Under the pieces are notes generated by a model. That model did not search any database, was not told the origin of the DNA, and saw nothing but the letters and a program-made list of their open reading frames with translations. Below are positions 26,901-41,900 of a DNA stretch of 64,000 nucleotides, one piece after another (the first letter of the stretch is position 1; every line of letters starts with the position of its first letter). Position numbers and translations under genes: made by a program. The stretch is from Leptogorgia sarmentosa (taxonomy: Eukaryota), in NCBI GenBank assembly GCA_964658305.1, contig OZ210885.1, positions 9,734,001 through 9,798,000 of the forward strand, written 5' to 3'.

Positions 26901-29900
26901 CCTATATTATACTATCTGCACTAATTTATTATCAACTAGCTATACGTTAATTAATTTGTTACCACGATATTATTTGAAAGAACATCTTACAAGTTTGGTA
27001 AAATTACCAAGATTGGTTGTGAAATGTAGATTCCTGGCAAATTTTGTATTCTTCTGCAGTTACAGTTATCAATCTTGCATGTGTATGGACTATATGTTTA
27101 TTATGAAAAATGTCCCATGATGATCGATTATAGATAGACTTTCTACTTCCCCCTTTCCTGTCCGGAGCATACTTTAAAATCTGTCCCATTGCTTTATAAA
27201 CATCACTTTCGGTGCTCTAATAAGTGAAAAATATCAATAAATTAAGCCTGTCTCTCTAATGTAGCTACAGTATATCCCTCTACATAACTAAGCAGTTATC
27301 TTTTTGATGGCTTTGTTAATCGATTTATTGAAAGCAAGTAATTCTCAATTTTCATCTTCAACACAATATAATGTGTGCCAGCCAGTATGGAATTAGCATA
27401 GCAATGGCATTGTAGTTCAGGTTTATAGTCTCGATCTACTGTAGCCAGTTTAAGTCAACAAATTTTGAAAGGATATCAAAAAAATCAGTTTGCTTAATTG
27501 CTTTTGCCAAACCTGATGAGTTATGTCCCTACTATAACTAGTGATTATTTGCTTAACAAACCTGATGAGTTATGCATGACCCTACTAACTAGTGATTATT
27601 TGCTTAAAGTCCCCCCACCCCCCCCCCCCCCCTTAAAAAATTCGCTTCCACTGCCTCTTTGTATGCTCAGTCTGTATAATTGGTTGTCTGAAATTCTATT
27701 TGAAAAAATTGAAAACCAGCCTAAATCAATTACAAAAAATTTCCTATGCAGAAATACTCGGTTTTTAATATATCACTGATGAAACCAGGCTGACAAAGTC
27801 TAACTAAACTACTAGATTGATTTGGATTGTAAAATGTAACTCTAGTTAATCAAATACACAAACGTTACACATCATTGTCGAGGCAAGGATCTTGTCTAAA
27901 AGTACACACGAGTGACCACGAGTGACCACGAATGACCACGAGTGACCACGAGTGACCACGAATGACCACGAATGACCACGAGTGACCACGAATGACCACG
28001 AGTGACCACGAGTGATTTCTGTGTTTAAAACTAATAAAGTAACAATAAAAACTATTTTTATTTACAAACGGAAATAAATATTATTAAAAGTAAGACTAGA
28101 ATTTAGTCTAACTTCAGAAAAATTTTGTCCGTGTTTTTCTACCCTTCCTGACTAGTACAACCGGCACTTTGTGGGGCCCACTAAGGGGGTAAATCATGTC
28201 GCGTGTCACTCAATTTTTAGCTGCTTTGTCGCTTGCATCAGCCCAGTAAATGTCTATGTCGCTTTCAAGTTATAAAAAAAATGTCGCTTTCATTTGTTTA
28301 TGTAGCATATACACAGTACCACTTTTACATATTAAGTTTAATAATAGCACAAGTTTTCCTTACAACCTGGAAGCGCTAAAGCCGTCGTGGTTGGTGACGT
28401 CGGTTACCTCAGTTACTGGGGAGTGGGGGTTGGTAACTTGGTCCACTGGTTGACCCAAGCTAAAATTTGCTAAATTACGTTTTGTTTTGTTTGTCGCCGT
28501 CGTAAAGCATGGTAAAATCGTCTGTCGCTGTCTTAATTATTGGCAGTTATGTCGTTGTCGGAATGTGTCGCTTTTTTCCTGTCGCTTTTCGCCTTTTTTT
28601 AGATAGCCTGTCGCCTCTTTTTAAGCAACGTCGCTTGTCGCTCTTCACCCCTTGGTGGCCCCCCTTTGTACCTATCAAAACATTATTAAAACCTCCTGTT
28701 GTACTTGCCACTTGCCAGGATGAAGTGACGTCGGCAAGTTAAAATTTTTTCGCACGAAAACATCAGACAAGGGGAAATACTTGTGGTGTTATTCTAAATT
28801 CTAGTCTTACTTTTAATAATATTCATTTCCGTTTGTAAATAAAAATAGTTTTTATTGTTACTTTATTAGTTTTAAACACAGAAATCACTCGTGGTCACTC
28901 GTGGTCATTCGTGGTCACTCGTGGTCATTCGTGGTCATTCGTGGTCACTCGTGGTCACTCGTGGTCACTCGTGTGTACTTTTAGACAAGATCCGAGGCAA
29001 GAGCTAGGAATCGACTTTTCTGTAGCATAGTAAGAATATATGATACAGAATTGATCTCTATGTACAAGCGATTAATTTTGTGAATTATAGTGCTGATCAC
29101 TAGTGTTCCAGTTCAGTTTATTGAACCAGCACTTTTGAAGCACGAGCACTTCGAACTTCGAAGCGCATCGCAGTGCACACTGATTGAACAAAATATAAAG
29201 CGATATATCACAAAATAAAAATAAACAAGTTGCATATTATACTAACCTTTTCTGTAGTCTTGAGTTAAATCAACTAAATGAACGGGAAATTATCCCCAAA
29301 AGACAAGAACAACGACAAGCAATGAAATCCTTTGTGTGAAATTTTGAATACACGCGGTTTGTGAGCGTCTATGACAACACTTCCCATGATTCTCAGTCTC
29401 GTGTCATCGCCGATTGTATGCCGAGCCGAACGGCCCGAACCGAGTTTGGGCCGAATGCGCGACACCTTATTCGTATTTCGCCAAAGTCCAAACACGCGTG
29501 CAATTTTTCATTAATACTTCTCGAACCGAGTAATTTCCTATACAAATACCCTACCAAAAAATTCAAAATTATTTAAAAAATATCAATGTCTTAATAAATA
29601 CGATCAATCACATGTTGAAATAGCAAACGTAATCGTCGGTACGAACTTTGCCAAAAAGATCGGTTTCTAAAGTTTTGAGATGCAATTTTATTTTTTTGCA
29701 AATCAGCAGCGGGCGGAATTCAAGCGTTTTCTGCGATCTGATTGGCTGCAGCAGTGGGCGGAATTTTACGATATCTTGACCACGGTCCGGAATCCTAAAT
29801 CCGTAATGCCAGAAGCAAATAAATTTTGATTGTCAGTGTCACGTTGAGTGAAAAGGCAGCAATTGTACTAAAACTGAAGGGGTTTTTTCACTTCGCCTTG

Positions 29901-32900
29901 ACTGTTTGGCAGCCATACTTGCGATGGAGTAACAAAGTAAACAAACACAACTGATCTCAAATCTAGTTCGCTACACTGGAATGTCTTATGAATTTGATCA
30001 TAGCATTGCGCAGCAAAAAAATAAAGCCGTTATTTGCCGTTTAGGTCGGTCCGGATAGAAAAATATTTTGTCTCGGTCTCAAAAACGTCCCTCGGCCTTC
30101 GGCCTCGGGACGTTTTTGAGACCTCGACAAAATATTTTTCTATCCGGACCTCCCAGCCGGTAAATAACATATATGTATGTTGGGGTATAAAAATATGCTG
30201 ATCCATATTCAACGTCAGCGATAGGGCCCAAAACGTAAATATATACATTTTTGTAAATTAGTTGTTTAATGTTCAAGTCAGGTTAACGACGTCGATTGAA
30301 CGTCGAAACGAGGTCAATTTTTCGACGTCGATATTAAGTCAGGATAACGACGACGATTGAACGTCGAAACGAGGTCAATTTTTCGACGTCGATATGAGGT
30401 CAGGTTAACGACGTCGATTCAACGTCGAAACGAGATCAATTTGACGACGTCGATATTAAGTCAGGATAACGAAGTCGATTGAACGTCGAAACGAGGTCAA
30501 TTTGTCGACGTCGATATTAAGTCAGAATAACGACGTCGATTGAACGTCGAAACGACGTCAATTTGTCGACGTCGATATGAGGTCAGGTTAACGACGTCGA
30601 TTCAACGTCGAAACGAGATCAATTTGACGACGTCGATATTAAGTCAGGATAACGACGTCGATTGAACGTCGAAACGAGGTCAATTTGTCGACGTCGATAT
30701 TAAGTCAGGATAACGACGTCGATTGAACGTCGAAACGAGATCAATTTGTCGACGTCGATATTAAGTCAGGATAACGACGTCGATTCAACGTCGAAACGAG
30801 GTCAATTTGTCGACGGCGATATGAGGTTAGGTTAACGACGTCGATTCAACGTCGATATATAGTCGATCGACGTCCCGACCAAATATCAACCTAAATTCGA
30901 CGTCGAAACGACGTCGTGTGTTTGCTGGGAGGAAATATTCTATACAGTGAATACCAATGATTGCACAGAAGTGTTGTCCTACTTGTATTTGTAATTACTG
31001 AACTTTCACATTTTAAAATTGGTAGACATCATTTATGCACACGATTTCTTAATAATTGTATGTTTTATTGTTTAAAAGAAATAATATCAATGTCACTGTC
31101 CTGAAATAATATCAATGTCCGAATTGTTTTTTATAGTCTGATTAATATGTTGTAGACAAAAGCATTCGCTCCAGCCATTTGTGCGATTTTTTTATTTTTA
31201 CCCAGTAAAGATTGATCCTGTTCAAGAAATGACTGAATTAATTTTTATCCCAGCGTAAATCTGGATGAACATGTCTCTTCAAGTATCTAATCCAAATTTC
31301 AAATATCATCATATGGCGACGACTGCCGTACATGATTGGCTAATTTTCTAATGAATTATCAATTACTTTGAGAGTAAACTTTTGTTCCCTCACCCATATC
31401 AACTGCATTTTAACTATGTTCTCATTTCAATGAATAATCAAGATTAAAACTCTTGTTTAGCTAAAAAGGCATGTACGAATATGTTTAAAATATAGTCATA
31501 ATATATTTGCTAAAATTCAAATTGTCTCCTTCCAAAACTGAAACTTTTCTCAAAAACTGGGCAATTATCCGTGTAACGAAATGAGATTTGGATGGCGTGA
31601 TATTATTAATACTTACTTATTTGCGCGAAATATGACGTGTGTATACAGTGGTTTATTTTACACTGCACCAATATAGATTTTTAAAATTTTATCAAACTGT
31701 AACTATCACCAGACTTTTCTGTCATTCCTAATAGAAAGGCAACTGCATTGTGGATAAGTTCAAAAATGGTTTCATAGCAATTTTGTAGCAGAGGATTAGG
31801 GACCTTAAATAAGATCTACTACGTGACCAACTCGACGACGAGCTTTCCGAACAAACAAATTTTTATGCTGAACAAAAACCAAGCATAAATTGTGGTATCA
31901 ACAGCTTTGTTGTTATCAACGCAACATTAAGCTAAGCATTAAAATGTCTTCAAATCAACGTGAAGGCTGATTACAACGTGAGAGCTGTAACTTCAAGTTG
32001 ACTACACAGCAACGATCGCATTGCTTTAGCTGAACCTGTGTCACTGTTTCCTGAAAAAATTTCAACATCTATTTAAAGCATAAAAAGGTCAGTACTCATT
32101 TCATTTCAACCTGAAATTTATACCCCGTCGGCGAGTTTGTTGCGTTTTAGATTTTAAGGTCCCTACTATCAATTATTGGACGAAGTCCCACGAAATACCG
32201 CGAGTTATCGTTGGCGAGCGGATCAATTATTTGCCGATTCCGAAAAGAGAAGCGCGTAAGTAATCTGATAACAACCGATATATAACTGAAGCAAAGCAAA
32301 GCCACATTACCTAGAGTGATGCGAAGCATAATGGGACGAGTCCTGAGGCCAGTGGCCAGTGAGCTCCATGAGATTATAGCGCCGTAAATTTCCGATGTAA
32401 TCAACTACTGTATACATGTGACAGCACGAAAGTTAAACATGTACTTATTAAACTTTTTATCTATATTTAGTTCATTATCAGCGCCAACAAAAAGAATTGA
32501 AGGTGAAGGCTAGTACAACGTTTCTTGACAAGGGGTGATTTTGCACTGCAAAGTTTTGTTAATTAATAACGTCACCCGAGTAACTTTGCGAAATTGAGAG
32601 CGATTTCAAATTTGCTCAGTTTTTTTATACACGTATATTGCGCAGCCGCTCAACTTGCATATAACTCAGAACTTATGATTCTTACAAATGTGAGTGAGGA
32701 TATGGTTGCACATATAATTACAATTACAAACAGAGGCGATCGGTCAAAAGAAAAAAAAACTATTGAAACTCCCAAACCTTGCCATTAGTTTTATCCATAG
32801 TACGTTACCACACGATTACTTACCTGTATCAAGGTCAAAGATTGTGATTGAACCATTCCAGCAGCCACAAATTACAAGAGTAGCGGATGAGGTATTGCAC

Positions 32901-35900
32901 GTCGCTAATGAGCATACGCTGGAATCAAACTTTTTTCGAAAGATCTCAGGGCCTCCAAGATCAAAACATGAAGATTCCGGCATAAGATGACAAGTGTGCG
33001 TGCATGTTGCACGGAGTTGCTCTAATAGCGTCTTTATCCCCGGATACTCTTCATAAGATAGCAGTCTGCCTGGAAAACAAAAATACACAACAGTATTAGC
33101 GCACGTAACAAATTCGGAAAATTTAAAATAGCATTTAAAGATGAAGACAATTTTTGACCGGGGAAAAATTGAAACTGAACAACTAACGGGCCTATCTGAT
33201 TATACTATATGCCGAGTGGCGCAAAAAAAAAGTACAACTGTTTGATTACTCATAACTGAAAAACCATACGCACTGGAACCCTAAATGGAGTTTCATTGCA
33301 TCCAGCGATGTCTGTTCTTCGAAAATGCCTGTCGAATATACCAAAATTTATGTTAGACATCGCTGGATGTAGGGTTCTACTGCTTATGGTTTCTGAGTTA
33401 TAAGTAATCAAACACATGTACTTTTTTGCGCCACACGGTATATCGGTTTCTTGATTATTAACATATTAATAGGTTCTTACAATTCATCATATGAGTTCTT
33501 TTCTAATTTCTAAAGGAGGTTTTTGATTGTTTAACAAAATGTTTGTTCCCCTCCAGTGAATTAATATAAAAAGGACATAAAGTAATATCAAAGTTTGAAA
33601 CTGAGACACTGAAAAAAAGTTTTTGAAAGCTTTGCAATTGTTGAAATGATGTTTAAAGAAGTAATTATTTTTGAAATGATGTTGAATGAAGTAATTATTT
33701 TTGATAACGGAACGAGTATTTGTGAAATGATTTATTTCTGCATATGTTACACTGACAAGAGTTAATTCTGCTATATACCAGCAGTTGTCATGCTTAGTTG
33801 CTAGTTACAATTATTGACATCAGAACCAACGATTAACAGAGTATAGTATGCATATGTTCTTGATTAAGTTAGCAATGTTCTTTACGACGGGAAGGATATG
33901 CAACATGTGCGGTTATGCATAAAGTCCATAAATATCGACTTCAGCTCTGGGAAGAATAATCCTTCTTTGGTGGTGTCTTCAAAAAATCTTGGAAGTTTTC
34001 ATTGTATATAGTCATTTTCGGGAAGTTGAGTTCACAGACATATTTACGATCGTGCTATAGTTTTCTTATCTGATCATTGGTGGCTGACAGTTGAAATGTT
34101 GCATAACAAATAGTCTTATATGTAGCTTTTATATACTGCTGTTCTGATAGACTTAGCTTCTGAGAAAATTCAACAAAATTAATGTCATGGTTTCATCTGC
34201 TTTGATGGTGTCTATATAACTCAGGTATTCGTTCTAAAGCTTTCTTTAATATAGCTGCGACATTTTCCTCAAGATCAGTCTCAGATGAAGGCTCTAAAAT
34301 CATGGTTTTTGGCATTGGTGGTAACGGAAAATTAAATCTGCAAACAACCTGACCACTCTTCTTACACGTTTTCGAGTGTTTATGCCTTCGTAAATTTACG
34401 AGATCAGTTAAATCATCTGAGTCAACTTTACATGAAACATAACTATCGACAAATTCAGCAATATCTTCATCACTATCTATACGATACTCCGGAGCATTTT
34501 TTATCTAGAATAAGCCGTGGATATGTGGAGAACCTCTTTGCGGAAATTCAACGCGATAGAAGAAGTCAACAACTTCTCCAACCGGATAACTTGAGCTTTT
34601 AAAAAATTTGTGAATGGATAATTGTACCATATGTCAAAAATTTCTTGCATATGCGACTGGATCTTTCTGTATCAGTTCAGATTTCTTCTGCCATGTAAGT
34701 TGTTTAATTTCGTCGTTAGTAGAATCTTTACTGTCTATAAGACGACCAAGAATTTTAGTCAAATGAATCCACTGTGTTTCAGCTGCTGAAAATGAACAGA
34801 ACCACGTATAGAAATTACCAAGCAGACGAATCATGGCAAATAGATCTTTTTTACACCTTTCAAAGTATGGAGGAGATGCGCGTAAATTTCTTAAAACTCC
34901 AAATCCTTCATCCAAATTTATTAACTTGTTGACACAAATTTCTGATTTTAAAATTTTAACTTTAGTTTTACAGTTACGCAATGGATAACCTGCACTCCCT
35001 TGAATTTGCCTGATCTGTAATTCCTTTAGTTCGTTAAAAATGTTTGGGACAGACTGCGCGAGTCTTCTATCTTTGCTTCGCAATTCCCATTTACATATAG
35101 TGCTATAATTAACAGGCATTCCTTCTCCTGGTGCAAAACTTATTATTCTGTCACCATCTTGGGTAATGTCGGTTTCTTGTAATAATGTATCCATAAGACC
35201 AGATGACCGTTCAGTCGCTGCACACCACTCATCATCTGTATCATTATCAATCAAGTCATTATTTTCTTTTCTCTCAACTACTTCTTGACTGTGAGCGTTC
35301 AGATTTTCTGAAATCTTCATTCCATCCATGGAAATAATTTCTGACCACTTCTCTTCATTATTATCGACTTGATTTGATACATAACTGTCCATTACTTGTA
35401 TTCCTTCGTTTTTAAATATTGCACTGGTACGAACTAGCTGGTTAACAATAGAGAATCTTTGTTTTCGGATAGCATGCCTGATGGAGTATTTATAAAGATA
35501 TATAGGCATAACATTCATAAGGTAATACTTCGCGCTATATACAGGGTGTATAAAAAAAAACTGAACAGATTTTAAATCGCTCTCAACTTCGCAAAGGGGC
35601 TCGGGGTACAACGTTTTCGGTATATGTGGATTGGTTGAGAACTTATAATGTAGAATAAACGAAAACATATTGTAATTTGAATTTTCAAAAACCCGGGGGG
35701 AGTGTTTTTTTCCAACAGATGGAAAATGTCTTGCGCACGAAATTTAAAGGCTCAAAAGCAATTTTTAGTTGATGGACGAAAACTTTGTCAGGTTTTGTAT
35801 TTCTGTTAAAAATTTCAGAAAAAATGCTTGAGTTTAAGCCCTTCAAAGCGCCGCGCAAACTTTCATTTTTTGGAATAATTAGCTTTTTGCATGCTCAATT

Positions 35901-38900
35901 TATTCTTGTATCTCATTTGCATATGCTCGTATCTTATTTGCATATGCAAATTTGGCAATTAGACACGCAAAAGGCGAATTATTCCAAAAAATGAAAGTTT
36001 GCGCGGCGTTTTGAAGGGCTTAAACACAAGCATTTTTTCTGAAATTTTGAACAGAAATACAAAACCTGACAAAGTGTCCGTCCATCAACTAAAAATTGCT
36101 TTTGAGCCTTTAAATTTCGTGTGCAAGACATTTTCTATCTGTTGGAAAAAACACTCCCCCGGGGATTTTGAAAATTCAAATTACAAAATGTTTTCGTTTA
36201 TTCTACATTATAAGTACTCAACCAATCCACATAAACCGAGAACTTTGTATCTCGAACCCCTTTGCGAAGTTGAGAGCGATTTAAAATCTGTTCAGTTTTT
36301 TTTATACACCCTGTAGTGTGGTAACAATCCAAAACAATTGCCATTCATCTACATGCAAGCGTACTTGGGCAGTGCTGGTAGCCGTTTCGACATATCGAGC
36401 AAAGACCCTTAGTCGTTAATTAGTAGTGGGGTCGGGGGAAAACACAAGGGTTTTTATATTAGTGAATATATGAAAACCAAGTAAAAACCAATCGGATGGA
36501 TTTGATACACCAGTTTTCGAAAGCCTTCGCCAGAAATGTGGAATCTTATCGTATCGTTTAGCCAGTGAAACAAAATTTATCAAAAAAAGAAAGTAATTAC
36601 CTAACAGCTGTGGAGCAATAGAATGCAAATTCTCCTCGATAACCGCAAAAGACCGCATCAACGACGTCTTGAGCAGTTCGATTTCTCTCGAGGGCTGGTC
36701 CAGAAAACGAAAATCTGACATTAAGGAAGGGAGATCGAATTGATTCACCTTTTCATAAAGCCAGTTAAAATTGAAGAACAGTTTATGTAGTTCATCAAAT
36801 TGTTCGGAGGAGTGGAGGTGATAGGACAGGTACTTGAAATAATAATCCTTGTTGCCTTCAAATTTACCCCAATCACCGTTCTCGGAATAACCACGAAGTG
36901 CCTTCACGAACAATCTTTGGACAGAACTTAGTTTGCCACCTAGTTTTGCACGTGCAAAACCCAAAAGGAGATCGTGGAGACGGTAGCTCTTGTTTCCATG
37001 GATATCAGATCCTGAAAATTATCGTTATAAGGCGAATTTCAATTAAGTGCAAAATTTTGGTTAGCGATCGCTTTCTTTTGAAATGCTTGCAATCAGCCAA
37101 AGTTTATGAGAATCGTTGACTGTTTGTATTTCAAAATAGAGCGTTCGCTAAAAGTCGATCGCGCGCCATTTCGCACTGAATTAAATTCTGCCATTAGAGA
37201 ACATAGTCACGTATGGTGATTCGAAACGTTTTTGTACAGGACACTAGAGCAGTCTGGGTCTGCCGTCAGGCTATAGTACAATAATTTTTTAGACTTAGCA
37301 TACCCCAGGGCGATGGAAGTATTTTCCATTCAATTCGATTTGTTACTCATCTAGGAATGTCAGAGGAAAACACTGAAAATATTGGGCAAATGAACGGGCC
37401 AAGGGCGTCAATCCTGGGGGGGATGGGGGGACGCGTCCCCCTCACTTTTTGAAGTGGGGGGGACGAATGTCAAATTATCCCCCCCACTTTTTATCATATT
37501 TAAAAAAAAATGTTTTTTGGTAATCTTAAAACCCCATGCCTGTATGCTATATATCGTGAATTGTGAAGTACAATCAACAATCTGAGATCAGAAGAAAACT
37601 ATTCGGAGCCTTCCAATAGTTCTGCGAATGAAATCCTAATTGGAAAGGCAATGGACCTCAGCCACGTACACACGTTCAAATTTGCTTTTGTTTTTATTGA
37701 TCATTTTATGTACAATTGATATAATTGTTAAAGAAATCGATCATTTCATTTGCGATTAAAATCTTTATTTTATTTATTACGTGAATATATATATTTATAT
37801 CAAATCTTTATATTATTTATCACGCGTAAATAATACGTGTTCAAATAATACACATGCATTCGACATCGACAAAAAATTCTCATAATTTAGGCAAGAAATT
37901 CGGCGGAAGAATTTTAGTAAAACTCGTCCCCAGAACACTGAAAATGGCATCTGTGCATGAGGTTTCAAATTTCAAAATTTTTCGGGAAAGCATGCCCCCG
38001 ACCCTTCTAGAAAGGGGCACGTTTCATTACTATTTTACAACAGATAGATTTTGCCCCCCCCCCCCCCATAAGCGTACGAGGCGAGGGGACAAGGGGGGCA
38101 ACCCCCAAAAAATTCAAATCGGGAAATTCGGGCACCGATATTGAGCATAATTCGGGCAAAAATTTGAGGAGTAAGGTAATGTCAACAATCCTCCAGTCGT
38201 TCACCTGAACGACAGTGCCAAGAAAGTGGTGTTAGGACTCTGAAATCGCCGTTTCCGGCAATCCAGAGGTTGTAAAAGTTCAAAAATTTCTCGCTCGGTG
38301 CCAACCATGGTGGCGCCTCGTGACATTTGCTACCCTCAAATTCGGGCAAAGATCTTTCTGCCCCCCCCTGAAAAAATGTAGCCCGTACGCTTATGGTCCC
38401 CCCCACTTTTTGGGACGGATTGACGCCCTTGGAACGGGCAAATTTGGCTAGCCCACATATGAGTCAACATATGATTATAGCTGAAAATTAATTTCGCAAA
38501 AGGAGCTGTAGTAAAAAAATATTTCAGAAACCTCTCGTCGTTTTCTTGAATTTCATTTGATTATGGTGCAGGAAGCAACAGACAAATTTAGCGATCGCGA
38601 AATTTAAAAATAAGACAACAAGCAACAAGCTATCATCATAGTTGAAAACAGCGTGCTGAAAATAGTCTGAATGCAAAGTGTGAAGAATAAAAATCATAAA
38701 ATGGGGAAATTGTGCCCATGCAAATTTAGCACAATTTACATACTATTTATGACGCAGAAGTAAGTTAATACACATTATCGTCTGAAATGGATATAATTTA
38801 CTTTGTGTTGATAAAATAGTACACAAAATGAATGTGTCTGGCAATGATATTCCCATTTTATGACATTTCTTCTTTATACTTTGCAGTTATAGTAATTTTT

Positions 38901-41900
38901 GCACGCTGTTTCCAACTGTGGCGATAGATTTTTGTCTATTATCATGCACCCTGCCTTCATTTACCTTTTTGAATCATCGACTTCTTTTCGAGCTCATCAA
39001 GTATACGTCTTCCATCACGACGGCTGCACGAAGTTCTTCCGGCTACTTTGGCAGACCAAAACAGCTCAAGAATGTCTAATGGTACATCCGTATCTTCTGG
39101 AAATAAAGCGAAATCTAGAAACTTTTCTCGTATTTCTTCGTCCAAATGTTGAAAGCTGGCGTTAATGGCTGTTAAGACGTTGTCGTAAGGATAAGCGTTG
39201 GCGGGATATATTGAACGTAATTTTACCAAGTCTGCTGTTTTTAGGTCATTTAAAACGTCTTCCCAGTCTTGTTCGTCGCGAGTGTCGGCTAAACTTGAAC
39301 CCACTAGGGACAGAGCTAGCGGTAGATCGCCGCAGTGGTTTAACAGTTCCTCTATAATTTGCCGCATGTTTGAACTAAACTTAGACTGCTCGTCCTCGGT
39401 GACTCGGGCAGTTTGATACAAGAGCTTGTAAGAATCATCCCGTTTTAAAAATTTGAGTGTGTACAAAGCAGAACCTTGTAAACCGCGCACAACTTCAGAA
39501 TCTCTGGTAGTTATTAATAATTGGCATTTTCCAGAGAGATGATCAAACACAGAAGCGTGGTTTACATTCCAAACATCATCAAGAATCACCAAGCAATCTT
39601 TGTCACTCTGCAATACATAGAAATCTACGTTATCGTCGCATCAGTTGATACTTTTCGAGTTGTTTACTGAAAGGGTAAAATTAATTTCGGCAAAGCAGGA
39701 GCAGAGTAAACATGGCTTCTGAATCAGAAGGACGACCCTCACCAACTCTCATGACAGAAACGTGGTAAAAGAATCGGGATCAATGAAAGTTTATGCTGGA
39801 AAATAGAAATACGTATATGCATCAACCCCTCGCCTTTTTTAGAAGTTGCAAAAAAATGCAACTATATATTTGGAACATGAAGTACGACAGAGACGCCTGA
39901 GGTTGTTGTCATGGCAACGCAATCGGCAATTCATATTTCTGTATTTTTTTGAAAACAGTCAAAATATTAGCTTTTATATCTTTGTTTTATTGGCGCTTTT
40001 TTTAATTTGGAGAACCATTAATTGTTATCCGTACGATATTAGGACTAATATAAACTTGAATTTTCTGCGAAATACTGCATTTATTTGCATGAAACTTTCC
40101 ATTTAAATATTCAAGTCAGTCTTTGATATGAAACAATTTCCAGCCAGTGTTCGCTCGTGTTCTTTTGGGATAAAATTTGTAAATATTTTGTGAAGTTTTG
40201 CTTTTAAAAACATGAACTTATACTCTGGAATTAAATCGTGAGTAGATTAAATGCGGCTACGGCGACCTTAAATCTTACAGCGCAGATCTTGTCTTTGTTT
40301 TCGCCTTTCCAAAGGCTTTAAAAAGCTTCGGCTCTTCATGATTGTCCGCCATATTTTTGAGATCAGTGATGACCATTCACGATAGCCCAAAGCGGCGGCG
40401 CCGAATCTGAGCCCTGCATACTCCGCTACGCTGCCGTTTACGGGGATAAAGTAAATTAGCCCTATGGGTATATTTTGTTACATCGTGGCAAGCAGTATTA
40501 TATAAACCCTGGGAAATGCGCACATACCGTATTTGCTTTTATCCAACCTTGCGCGGCGCGGATATCAGGGAACGTCATTTCTCCACCAATGTCTTTTATG
40601 AGGAGGTTAATCAGCGCTAGACAGTCTGGAGTTTCCCCAATGTCAAGTCATATTACCTGACGAGATTCTTTGGCAGCCCAAGCAACAGCCAGAGCTAAGA
40701 TGGTCTTACCCAGACCCCCCATACCACGGATACCAACGACGTCGCTCCCACGATTCCCAACCACACCAACTCTACTATTTCCATCCGCAAGTAACCTTAA
40801 TATCTCGTTCACTTCTGACGGTCTCTCCACCATGTCACGAGGTAGGCTGCGCAAACCATGGGCAACTAACATATAAAATAAGAATTGATGCTGTATTAGT
40901 AGACCCACTTTTGTGTGCGTAACGAATCGACAATTAATTACATATATTAGCCTGCACACCCATTTGCTAACGCTCTGTCGTGTCATTCTACAGAGTGTCC
41001 CAAAAAAACGCTACCATTGAAAATAATCTATTGTTAGAATTACAATGCCTTGCACTATAAGTTTAGCCCAAGGGTGCATAAATTATTGAAAATTTCTTAA
41101 TAGCTATTAAAATTGTTGTTATAGATTATTTTGAATGGCAGCGTTTTATTGTGGGGGGACCCCCTGTGTTCCAGGGACAAAATCACGACTACGCCGTAGA
41201 GATTTTTCGTAATGTATTTATTAATACATTCTATAGTAAAGTGATTAGATTGGATTAGAAATGATTCAAAATGACTAGGTTTGTACCCAGACCAATAGAT
41301 TTCTATTTACATTGAAGAGTGGATCTCTACAGCTTTACAAATACGACGCAAACTGACAAACACACTTTACTATCAACTCATAGACTCATAGACTCAACTC
41401 GTCTATTTGTTCCCTGTTCCCTGTCACAGTCAAACTGACATCCTGTTCTTCTTATCGTCAATCAACCATTACAAAATTATAGTTTTCTGCATGCGCATCA
41501 GTTACACAAATCATGGCCGGCGTAATCAAGTTAATAATCAACGGTTAATTAAAGTAAATGTAAATGTAGGCTGTCCATAACAACCTGTATGTATTTAAAA
41601 GGCGTTGCGTTTAAAAATGCACATTCTCTGTAATTGTCTCAAACTGGCTACTTTTTCTTATAATCATATACAGCTCGAGGGTAAATTTAATAAAACCTGA
41701 TTGACTAAATCTTCAGCATTTTTCACGTACGGCTTCCTCGCATTATTTGTCGTGTGTGAAATCGTCAAATTAAATTAGCTTGAAAGTAATTTGGTAAATA
41801 ATTAAGAAAATTCGGTAATTTGCTTGTGCCAAAACACTGCATGCGAAATCTCTTGGATTACATGCAAGCCATTTTTCCAACTTTTTGCGTTGTACACCTG

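Larger units (their letters stand above)
26596..30929. mobile_element. Probable EnSpm/CMC-like non-autonomous element with CpG-rich subterminal repeats (left terminus not seen)
   Basis: Right end gtgtttgctggg; tcgacgtcga-rich repeats at both 26596-26740 and 30275-30916. Confidence 0.5.

Noticed and set aside
30275..30860. CRISPR array
   Set aside because: No unique spacers, no cas genes, eukaryotic context
34634..35668. 344-aa ORF as a real gene
   Set aside because: Chimera of MITE sequence and a decayed Helitron Rep; the motifs continue past stops
5970..40865. Calling the gene APAF1
   Set aside because: No CARD seen, the N-terminus differs, and orthology cannot be shown from this window
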